64,000 nucleotides of DNA from Lepidodermella squamata (lineage: Eukaryota; Animalia; Gastrotricha), in contig JBLDXI010000028.1 in assembly GCA_047495785.1 (NCBI GenBank), forward strand, positions 1 to 64,000, read 5' to 3'. The notes under the pieces were generated by a model. It made no database searches. It saw only the letters and a program-made list of their open reading frames with translations, and had not been told where the DNA came from. Within the stretch, counting starts at the first letter, position 1; each line of letters begins with the position of its first letter. Below, in pieces: positions 12,401 through 22,412 of the stretch. The position numbers and the translations under genes were made by a program.

Positions 12401-13694
12401 TGAAATTTACGAAACGAAGCGGCAAACACCGAGCCAAGCTGGACCATATTGCGGGCGCGTTATTCAACGTCATTATGGAGCAAGCAGGATTGAAACGTCA
12501 GGAAACCTGCAGCAGCAATTACTGTCCCTTGCCAACAGCCTCCTCGAGACAACTGCTGAAAGTTGATCCACCAGCAGATTTGAAATTGTAAATAACTTCC
12601 AAGCTTCAACCACTTGTAAGCTAACTATTTGTATCTATCAAAATAGAAAATTCAGAGAAAATCAACAAAATCCTGACAAAAAATCGAACAATAATGCCCT
12701 GCTAACCGATTCACTGGCTGCAATAACCCAGCGTTGTACGCGACCGTTCCCCGGTAAAAGCTACACAGATGTCGCCGATTCTGGTTGCCCTCGGGGCCTT
12801 TGCTATGTTATGGCCGCACAAGCCGGAAAAATAATGTGAGTTAATTAGCAACATAAAAAACATGATCAACAATCAAGTTGAACAGGCAAGTTTATTGTAA
12901 TGGACAAAGAACCGTGGCACCATCAAAGGCCTTGCCGTTCATCTACGTGGATGTCCAAGAATGCGATCCTATTTTTGTTGCTTCTGAAATCTTCATGTTC
13001 CCCGAAAACCTGCAATATGACGATAAAATGTGAGGATTTCCTATAAATAACCTGAATTCCGATAACCTGTTTACATGGTGTAATAGATATCAACGTCACT
13101 CCGCGATACTGCTTAACGGCAGCCATTACGTGACAATCACCGCTTTCGCCTTGACTGAAACATCTGTGGGCCTCATCGATGATACGGCTGCGCAAAAATG
13201 TAAGATAGCAAATTAATTATGGTAAACAAAAATTAATAACTTACATTCATTCAGCTTTGATTTCGTGGCAACAAAGCTCTATCGGAAGATTGCAGAATGA
13301 ACGGTATCAAATCGCCGGCGTAATCTACTGTTGCCCGCGATCCATCAGTGTAGCAGCATCAACGATTACTGTAGCTGAAAATCACCCAGCTGCTGAAAAT
13401 ATGTCTCCCTTTGTCACTGAATGTTCATCGCCAAAAGAATCGCCCATTTTGAGAAAAAAGCGCCCAACTTGTAAAATAAATGTCAATTCAATTTTGATTT
13501 CGCCGCCATCGCCAAATATAACTGATTCAGATGAAGATGGATGCGTTGTATGCTTGAAAGTGACAGATTGCATGAATGGTTGGTGGGTGGAGTGTTCCAC
13601 ATGCCACTTGTGGACTCATGGAAATTGCTCAGGGTTAAGAAAAAAACCTACTAAAAAAGAAGAATATTTGTGTCACTTGTGTTCGGCAAAGTGA
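9486..13694 (+). CDS. Mutator-superfamily (NOF-FB/Rehavkus-like) DDE transposase fused to a USP-like cysteine protease and a PHD finger; ~1,330 aa if repaired, frameshifted as given
   Basis: ORF 9688-10620 is open from 9490 and has a C-x4-C...H Zn-finger-like motif. ORF 10578-12104 has MMIDSTS (D, 10626), VVSDFCWAL (D, 10866), CNNH (CxxH, 11007) and SNSAKESEF (E, 11670). ORF 12055-12591 has a Cys box GNLCALDAII (Cys 12235). GT-AG introns 12588-12646, 12836-12885, 13030-13086 and 13200-13254 give an open frame through the His box YQRHSAILLNGSHYVT...LIDD into a C4HC3 PHD finger ending at 13694. Frameshifts near 10577, near 12084 and probably near 9510. Confidence 0.85.
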
Positions 13695-13927
13695 GCCGAT
13701 GAATAGATTGTTCCGTTTAATTGATTGATATAAAATCAGCTAGGGAGATTTTATACCACTGTTGCTCATATCCTAATGCTTTTCGTCCGATGTATCTCGG
13801 CAGTTTCTGACATATACGTGTGCTCGCTGTGGACCACTCGTATATGGTCCCAGCCATTTAGCTAGGATATGCCATATACCCAGAACTTGAACTTGGAAAA
13901 TTAATTCCAAGTTTTTTTTGTTTTTTT

Positions 13928-14002
13928 GACGTGAGCGGGCGTTGAACCCGATGCTCGCTGTCTTTTAGCACAAGGCTAAACAACTAGACAACGACGACAC
14001 GC
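13928..14002 (-). tRNA. Mirror copy of the tRNA-like unit at 1947-2021
   Basis: Same sequence in the right arm. Confidence 0.5.
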
Positions 14003-14065
14003 ACAAATGTTTATCCTAAAAGGGGCTTATAAGCTTAAAACCGTTTTCAAAGCGAAAATAAAAAA

Positions 14066-14138
14066 GAGCTCGCACGAGGCATCGAACCAATGATTCCCTG
14101 TAACCTAAGCAGCAATCCAACCACTAGACTACAAGGGC
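14066..14138 (-). tRNA. Mirror copy of the tRNA-Pro-like unit at 1811-1883
   Basis: Same sequence in the right arm. Confidence 0.6.
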
Positions 14139-14208
14139 TGGATAAATCAAGATGCTCAATTTTGGTATTTTAGTTGATTCAGAGAAGCAATTGATAATGG
14201 TTTTTTGG

Positions 14209-14279
14209 TCACCAGTGGCTAATGAAAGGTTGTTGATGCTTTTAACATTAGCTTCACACGTTCGATTCCTGGTGGTGCA
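14209..14279 (+). tRNA. Mirror copy of the tRNA-like unit at 1670-1740
   Basis: Same sequence in the right arm, followed by TTTTTT. Confidence 0.6.
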
Positions 14280-16480
14280 CGGTTTTTTATCATTTTTTTC
14301 TTCTCAATTTTTTCATTGTTCGGTTGAATTCATTAGAGAAATGGACAAAAATTATAGGTAAAAAGACCAATTACCTACGCGAAAACCATCAGGACATGAG
14401 CAACAACGTGGAATAAATACACAAACCGCCTGTCCACACGTGTTATGCGAGTTGACGAGCAAAAAACTCGGAAGCCAGCTGCCACATAAACTTGACTCTC
14501 TCGTCTTCGCCTCGCGAGTCTCGTTTCAGTGTTGCTAAGCCCTCGACTCACTCGGCTACGCCTCGTGAGTCTCGTGCTTTGCAACACATGTGGCAGCTGC
14601 GCTGCCTCGTATATGCTCGTAAACTCGCATATCCACTTTGACCACGCGGTTTGTCTATCATTATATATGTAGTGACTTTAATCTTCGCTACACGCGTTAC
14701 ATTATTTCTGTCAATTCTGTTCAATAAAATACGCTCAGACTTTTTGAATGTTTAACGTCTTCAACAATTTGTTGTTTTAAAGTTTATAAATGGGGTTTTA
14801 GCCAAAAACTATCGACTTATCATGTACGGTTAATTTTCCTGGAAGATTCAAGTAAAAAAATACGATTGAGAGAAATATTCACCATTCCCGAAGACGTTCT
14901 GAGAAGAACTTAACTAGTCCCTATATTTCAGAAACGGTGTTTTGATAGCTCTAAATGTATGTATGATTTGCTGAGGTAAGGTGCTGAGTTGCCGCTCTCG
15001 CGCAAATGAATTCGTCGTCATATTCTGGTTTCGATAGCATTGATAGCCGTCAGAGCTGCCAATTGATAGGATGAGTATTTTTTGACTACTCTTTTGATGA
15101 GGACAGCCAACATTTCCCTGCATAGCAGGAGAGGCCGCGAGTTCCATCACTACCCTCGCTGTTTGCGGCAGCTTTCCTCAGACGAGTAACATCGTTGTCG
15201 CCGTCGATTCCGATCGGCAGTACGGGTTTACTGTAGATTTGGGATCTGCTGTGGGCATGATCATTGTTACAGCCATCAGTCAGTTCCTTCATTTTCTTCA
15301 ATTCTTTTGTCAGGGCGCTCTACCGATATGTTTCTACAGTCATGGCTGTACAGAGTCGTTAATAGCGAAATTGTACGGCGAAATGCCTGGGCTTTCTTAA
15401 AGTACCGCCACCTCATATTCATAACAGTCGTCGTTTCTGGATAACGACCATCCACCAACTTTCTTAGCTGCTATCGATGATGGGCACTAAGGCGATCTGC
15501 GATCTTGGAGGCCCACGTGCTGCAGTTATACTGAATAAAGAAGTATAGACAGGACGTGAACCCTAAAAAGCCTGGTTTTTTTCTACGGTTATCACCGAGC
15601 AGACAACAAAAGTTTCTTTTCGTTTCTCAAATCAGTAACACTAATGAAGAGACTAGTAGAGCTAGCCCTAGTAGAGCTCGTATTTCGTGATCCGAGAGCT
15701 AGAGGATCTGCTCTCAGATGTAATCCTAATTTTAGATAGAAAATGATAATTCAAAAGCTTAGTGTCAAAGAGTAACAAACCTAGAGGTATCTACTCTAGG
15801 AGTAAACGCCTTCTACTCTGAGAGTAGCCTACTCCGAAAGTAACCTACAACCTACTCCCGGAGTAGAAGGCGAGTGGAAGCTCTCGGATCACGAAATACC
15901 ATTCAGCCTAGTAACCGACGTCATTTCTCGACTTTGCTACTGCTCAGCGCTCAGCGCGCCGCAATGTCGGCTTCACACACGTGACCCAACTCCGGGGCAA
16001 ATGCGATTTCTGTTGCTACTCAATTTATTAATCATTAATTTATATTTATTTTACTTTAATAATTAGAGCACCATTATCTTTAAATATTTTTGTCAAAACC
16101 AGATAACAACAGAATTTCTGAGACTTTGTCAAAAGCTGACTCTCGCAGCTACTTTTTTCCGAGCTTTGCAGTGTCAAAACTGTGGGTCATACGGAGACGG
16201 GGGTACACTCGTTTTACTCGTTGGATCATGCTATTGATGATTTCAACAATGCTACAATCGTAATTCCATTCTGCTGGAAGTTTTCTGTCAACTGATCCGA
16301 CGTGAAAGAAGAAAGAAGTAGTCATTTGAAACATCTTCGATCGTAGATGGCAATTCTGTCAAGTAAATGAGCTCGCATCCCTGAAATCAGGAAAAATACG
16401 CTGGATGTTGTGGGTATTGAGTATCTCCTATGGTCGGTTTATAAGTTCAGATTTATTCATAGATATACAGTTAATTGAAA

Positions 16481-18228
16481 ATGATTCTACGATACTTACG
16501 CCTACTGACGCGATCACTGGCGACCAAACGATTTCGTGTCGACCGTCGTCTTGCTCTTCTACCGCCAAAGCTTAATACGAGTCACAATTCATTCATCATT
16601 TTCCGGCGTTCCTTCTCAGCCGTGCCATCCAAGAATGCCTGGCTTGACTTTGCTAAACGAGCCACAATGGGCAAACTTGTCGGTACTGCTGTCGTGTTTG
16701 TTTTTGGTAGTATCCCACTTAACTACGCCTATTTTAGATATAAGGATGCGGCAGCGTTGAAACATCGTTTAGAACAAGGCTCTGGCGCATTTTTAGTCGG
16801 GAAAAAGACAGTTTTGATTGATCGTCCAGAGTTGGAGAAGGATTTGAAAGAAATGATAACGCCATCAACACCGGGCGAAGCTGAAAATTATTTCCTCATT
16901 ACTGGAGAGCATGGCACAGGCAAGACGACTGCGGTTATGAAAACGTGTCGAACTGTTGGCAGCGGCGTGATTTATGTGGATGTCCCGATAAATGGTGATA
17001 AATTTGCTGGTGCTTTCGCCGAGGCTACCGCCTACAAAACTCGTGCTAGCGGATTGTTTCGATTCTTAAACAAACAATTTTTCGGAGACGAGCCGACTAC
17101 TACTGTAAAGCCATGTAAGGTGAAAATAGAGTTTCACGCTCTCATTTATATTAGACGTGCCGAATAGAAAGGTCCCTTGTTTACAGCCTAATAAGAATCT
17201 GAGGGGAATTGTGATAGTACATTTATTAGTGCGTAGTCACCCCAATTGTGTGACGCAACAAAAGCGACAAGGGCCTTTTCTGTGAGGCACATCTCATATG
17301 TGCTTTACGCTCTATATGTGCTATATTTGTTCTTCTATAGGGAATGAAGGAAACTGGGACGCTATTTACAGTGCGTTCCAACAAACAGCGAATTGGTACA
17401 TGGCGAAATATGATAAAGTACCTGTTCTTATCATCGACAACGTGAATAGGCTGGCAAAAGAGAATCCAAAAATGTTAGCATCGCTTCAAGAAGGCGCAAA
17501 AGACGCCATTGACCGCGGTCTATTCGTTACTGTATTTGTATCATCCGATGGCGTGGCGCCTCAGCAAATTACGAGTTCGTTTATTTCCTGTCAATTCGTT
17601 TCAGTCATTCAGCTAACTGTTTTATTTATTCAATAGGCAGAAGTGCCTTTTCACGTGGGAGGTTGTATCGCGTAGGCGATGCGAATCAAGAGCAAGTGTT
17701 CGAGTACCTTCAGAAACGTGGCGTGGTGAACACTGATGGTACGCTCTACTCGCGCGTATTTGCTCTTGTCGGTGGACGTTTGAAAGAGTTGAGCCGTGTT
17801 TCTGCTGCCCTGACAAAGGGAAAATCTTTTCAAGGTACTCACTTGTATTTTGCTCTTCTATATATGTAAACACTATTACGCGTTTTATAGACGTGAAGAA
17901 GGCGCTCTTTGCACAGGTTCAGAAACAACTCGCGGAGTGCCGGACTACGAATGAAAGTGCGACTCTCCTGCAAGCCGTTGTTAACTGTACGAAAACGCAG
18001 CCGGTGTGCGATGTCAGCGACGTTCAGCTATATTTGAGCAAGGGTGGTTCAGCTTTTCGTTTTTTTTTCGGTTCAACTGTCGATGATGAGAAGATTCAAA
18101 ATGTCGTGGATAAAATGGCTTCGGCAAACCTGCTTTCAAAGTTCACAAAATCGAGCTGGACGTTTCACTCAAATGTTGAGAGGTCATACTTTGAGGAACA
18201 CCCACAGGTTACGGTCATGTCACGATGA
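16481..18228 (+). CDS. P-loop (AAA+/STAND-like) ATPase with an Arg-rich N-terminal presequence and one TM helix; 4 exons, 467 aa
   Basis: Exons 16481-17114, 17341-17574, 17637-17834 and 17891-18228 join in frame via GT-AG introns (1,404 nt). Walker A GEHGTGKT, Walker B VLIIDNVN, then VFVSSDG and RSAFSR motifs. TM segment LVGTAVVFVFGSIPLNYAYF. Confidence 0.85.
17157..17290. mobile_element. Small MITE-like insert in ATPase intron 1
   Basis: Imperfect inverted ends GTGCCGAATAGAAAGGTCCCTTGT and ACAAGGGCCTTTTCTGTGAGGCAC. It would account for this intron being 226 nt while the others are ~60 nt. Confidence 0.5.
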
Positions 18229-18789
18229 GCATGGCGTGATGATCTTTTTGTTTCTCCTGACGCCAGTCCATAATATTTAATAAACAAAATGCTTAGCGAT
18301 GATTTAACGTGTTATTTATTGTCAATTATTATGTGCGTAAATATGTGGTAACGAACTTGAATTATTCTGTGTATTATATAACACATGGGCCTCGGTGAAT
18401 TATTCGAGACATGGCAGATGATGCACGAGGCGGAGGCCGAGGCGTTATTGGCCATTTCGAGAATAATGACCAAGCACCATGGGTTATTTGATAGAGACCA
18501 CCGATGCCGCCAGACAGGGCTGACAGGTGCGCAATAGAATTCAACATTTTGAATTATATTAGGGCGTAATAAATTCTGTTTGTTCGCAGAAAAGTTGGCG
18601 AATTTTTGAAATTTTGGAAATTTTTGTACAGGAACCCTTTTCAATCGATAGAGAATCTTCTGAATTTCTTGTTGGTACCGATGCCGCCAAGTTATTGGAA
18701 AGTATTCCTTTGATATCAGTGCGAGCGGTCCAGAATTTGTTTAAAATTTAGACTCTGCTGATGCGCGCGCGATGACGGCAATAGATGAG

Positions 18790-19131
18790 GAGCGCGCATT
18801 TTCGTTAACTGCCCTTTCGTCTGTTTATTGCGTACAATTCAATGATGGGTCCTCGCATTTGAAGTCGGTTCTTAGTAATTAACGGGGAGTGAATTCTAAA
18901 GCATTTGTCATGATAATCCACTCAGATAACACATCATCGGTGGTTTATAATAATAATAATAATAAGCAAGCTGTGTATTTTATTCTTTAAATTTTATAAA
19001 CCACCGATGACGTGTTATCTGAGTGCATTATCCATACAACTTTTCTTATAATGCACTCCTGTCAAATTGCGAGGACCTTACTTTAAATTATATGCAATAA
19101 AAGAAAAAGACGGTTAGACCGGATGCGCGCG
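18790..19131. repeat. Degenerate palindromic MITE-like element
   Basis: GATAATCCACTCAGATAACACATCATCGGTGGTTTATAA versus TTATAAACCACCGATGACGTGTTATCTGAGTGCATTATC; outer GGTCCTCGCA/TGCGAGGACC. Confidence 0.6.
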
Positions 19132-19149
19132 CTTTTATTACACCACAAA

Positions 19150-19420
19150 AACCTCAAGTAATCTTCTTCGTACTGTCTTCTCTCTACTCAAACACTGAAA
19201 ATGCTAGACACAAAATCATTCGTTGCTCTTAACGATGACGATAAGCGTTTGATAAGAAATCAATTTCCTCCATTTCAACGGCTTCAGCTAATTGTAAATC
19301 AGGAATAATTTTGATTTCAAATTTATCCTCGCCGGGTTTTTTCTTATCACCTTTTTTTCTTAGTACTCTTATCTTCGAAAATAGTGTCATGGATCTGCTT
19401 TTCCACCTGTGTTTGAGCTG
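19150..19420 (-). pseudogene. Degraded 3' fragment of the same RTE LINE family as 22426-24049
   Basis: KKPGEDKFEIKIIPDLQL matches KKSGEKENKFEIKIIPDLQL of the intact copy. Boundaries approximate. Confidence 0.75.
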
Positions 19421-19508
19421 TGAGCACACTAGCGGTCCGGCTGATAATATCCTCGGTGAACCCTCCAATGATGATGCGATTAATTCAAATAATGCTGTAA
19501 CTACATCT

Positions 19509-20680
19509 CGTCGGTACCGCGAATAAAAGGGCCAAGTGCGTTTTCCAAAATTTTCCAGGAAACGAAAAAAACTGGATTACGCTTCAATAAAGCAGTATTT
19601 TCGGTCACCTCTATAGACCTAGAGTTAGTTTTCGATGGGGATCCCGAATATCAACTCAGATTTCCCTGAAAACACCTGTAAAACCTGTTTGCTGCACTTG
19701 GCCCTTTTATTCGCGATATCAATGTCATTCGAAATTCAATTTCTTCAATTTCTTCGGCGTTTCTTCATGGATTTAATAGAAAATGATCAAGAAGCATGCC
19801 CATAATAAGACTAACATCATTAATTCATTCTTTTAAATTGGCATTGGTTTTAGAGCCTAATCAGCCGTTCGGTCACAGATTAAAATGGCTCAAAATCTAC
19901 CATTTTTCAAAACGAAAATGCAGATAATTTGCGAGCGAAACCAAATACCATATTGAGGAACCGAATTGAACTGAAACAGAACCGGAATTCAAAACTAATA
20001 ATCTCGGAAATAAATTCTCGTGAGCAACCATAGAATCCCAATAAAAATCTGAAAACGTAGGCAATTGATTTAAAATTAGTACCTGGGCTCCTCTTATGCA
20101 ATTCAATTTGGTTCGCTGAAAAGTGGGACCCCTTTTGATGAGACAAAGAAAGGCCCTGAAAAAATTCCTTAAGCTTCTTCTTGGTAATAAATTTTTCAAT
20201 ACCTATTTCCAAATTCAACTAAAAATGAATAATTTTCAAACGAAAATCTTCGCTAATTTCATCATTCGGACCTAACTACTACCTGGTTTGTTTTGAACTG
20301 GTCGGCTATAGACCCTACACCCCCATTACAACCCGAGCCTAAATGAAATTATTTTCAAAATTTAAAGGGCTTGAATTTCGATAAAAAATATTATTCACTT
20401 GGGGAAATTTCATTCGCGACGCACATGATTGTGTAACAGCTGGATGCAACAATCACTATGCATTTTTTGGATAAAAGGGCCAAGTGCACGTACTTGGCCT
20501 GTTTGATCGCGTTATAGTTTTGAAAATTCACTTGGCCTGTTTATGATTACCGGTGATCTATGGCGAATTTGAATAAACGGCAAAAGCCATTCGACGCGCC
20601 GGGTCTGATATAGTTGATAGAGCTGATAAAACGATTTTCGAAAAACATGTCACTTGGCCCTTTTATTCGCGGTACCGACG
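19509..20680. mobile_element. Non-autonomous DNA transposon with 30-bp perfect TIRs and a 4-bp TSD (ATCT), Sola-like
   Basis: ATCT|CGTCGGTACCGCGAATAAAAGGGCCAAGTG ... CACTTGGCCCTTTTATTCGCGGTACCGACG|ATCT. Internal partial TIR copies near 19695, 20472 and 20529. Confidence 0.85.
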
Positions 20681-20844
20681 ATCTTGTAAATCTGTAGATT
20701 ATGTAACACTTAACAAATTACTGAATTTAGCTAGCACTTATCGCACAGCGTTAAAACTCCATGCTTACTTACCCCACCAACAATTAATTAGTATAAAATC
20801 TGAATCAATGTAATATCCTATCCTGTATGCAGAGAACACGTACA

Positions 20845-21249
20845 ATGTATATATGTCACATTTAAAGTCGACAATTGTGAAATGTTGACAATATATAACA
20901 TAAATAGCCATTTAATGTGTATAAAATGCCACCCCTGTAAATTGCCATGTTGACCTCAAGGTGAAATCCACTCCGAGGAATCCGAATCTGACATCGTCAA
21001 ATTCATAGCGATTACCCAAATTTCGTAAAATTCGATTTTCGAAAATTGATATCGATTTATTATCAGTTTTTGGCCAATTACTTCCCATGATCGGGAAAAT
21101 GAGTTCAGATTCGGATTCCTCGGAGTGGATTTCACCTTGAGGTCAACAAGGCAATTTACAGGGGTGGCATTTTATACACATTAAATGGCTATTTATGTTA
21201 TATATTGTCAACATTTCACAATTGTCGACTTTATATATGACATATACAT
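20845..21249. mobile_element. Foldback MITE with ~145-bp inverted arms and TA-rich ends
   Basis: AAAGTCGACAATTGTGAAATG...GAGGAATCCGAATCTGA is mirrored by TCAGATTCGGATTCCTC...CATTTCACAATTGTCGACTTT. Confidence 0.85.
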
Positions 21250-21309
21250 CGGATGCGCCATAAGCCCACCCGTGGCCGGTGCTTGACTCAACTTTTTTGA
21301 AATAAAATA

Positions 21310-21410
21310 TTGCTTGCATTTTTCTTGGAGACTCATCCTTTTTGTCCTTCTTAATGTTAGATTTCTTTTTCCGGCGTATTTCCTTAGTGAGTCCTACTTT
21401 AATCAAGCTC
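21310..21410 (-). pseudogene. Second degraded RTE LINE fragment
   Basis: IKVGLTKEIRRKKKSNIKK resembles HKVGIGKEVRRKKRQPK of the intact copy. Confidence 0.6.
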
Positions 21411-22259
21411 CTACAGGGTGTTTCAGAACTCGCGCACTATGCCGGGGGAACCCCGTACTGTCGCCGTTCGTGTCGTGGAAATCTTTGTATGCCGCCAGTG
21501 TCCACCCACACGGTTCCACCGGCGCTACTGTAGCAGCTACGCTGCTGCTGTTGCTAATACGAATAACCTGCGGCAAATGCATGCGCAGTGTTTACAGTTA
21601 TATGCGCATATTTTACCGATAAATGTACAGGGTTCCTTTCGAACCGAACATCCTGACGTAGACGCGAAAAAAATCTGACGGTTAATTCGAGAAAATAATT
21701 TTTAAACACTATTAACAATTATTTTTAATTTTATTTTTAATTGCAAAATGTCCTTGAGTTTTAGCGCGCGTTACCACGTCGACGCGTTGGTTTTCAAATT
21801 TGAACCGTTAAAACGACTAAAATCAGGGTTTTCCAACGCAGTTCTTAAGATAGGCTGCATATGCGCAGCTCCATGCCTCGCTAGCGTTTCGGTATAACTC
21901 TCTGTTTGACGGTAACTCCATCTCGCCATTGTTCTCTAGTTGCGGTAAAAAGTTTACCGTAAACGGCACTACACTGCGTGCGGTAAAATTAATTTCTTTG
22001 CGGTAAGTTCAGCTCATATTATCTTGTAAGGAATAGTAGGAATTACAAGCATATTATGGAGGAATGGAAACGGAGTTGGAACTGCGCGCTCAGGTTATCT
22101 GATGGTGCGCGCGCGCAGCCGCTCGCGTACTTAACATGGGCATTGCAGTGCTCACTGGCAGCGACGGTCTGCTGCTTTGCGTTGCAGGCGTCACAATTGC
22201 GCTAGCCGCGTTGAATTCGACATGAGCTCTCGCCTCGCCTCACGAAAGCATTCAATCTT

Positions 22260-22412
22260 ACTGCTTGAAGGTTGCCGGTTAGTTTTTTTCAATTAATGTT
22301 ATCATTTTCATACCAAACTTTTTTGCATTATATTCATTTGTTTAACCCGTATAAAACCGACCCTTGATTCCGCCGACGCCGCTCATTCCAGCGAAACAAA
22401 GAAAAGTAAAGA
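22260..22412 (+). repeat. ~150-bp dispersed repeat; inverted copy at 33042-33200
   Basis: Exact shared blocks ACTGCTTGAAGGTTG and TTCCGCCGACGCCGCTCATT with colinear similarity between them. Confidence 0.75.

Larger units (their letters stand above)
8650..15937 (+). repeat. Right arm of a giant inverted repeat (7,288 bp)
   Basis: Starts AATTATCAAGATG, the reverse complement of the left arm end at 7302. Ends ...TTTCTCGACTTTGC, the reverse complement of GCAAAGTCGAGAAA at position 12. Confidence 0.98.

Noticed and set aside
12-15937. A single cut-and-paste transposon with 7.3-kb TIRs
   Set aside because: No TSD abuts the arm ends. The flanks are better explained by a fold-back hairpin, and the arms contain passenger MITEs. 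Not fully excluded.
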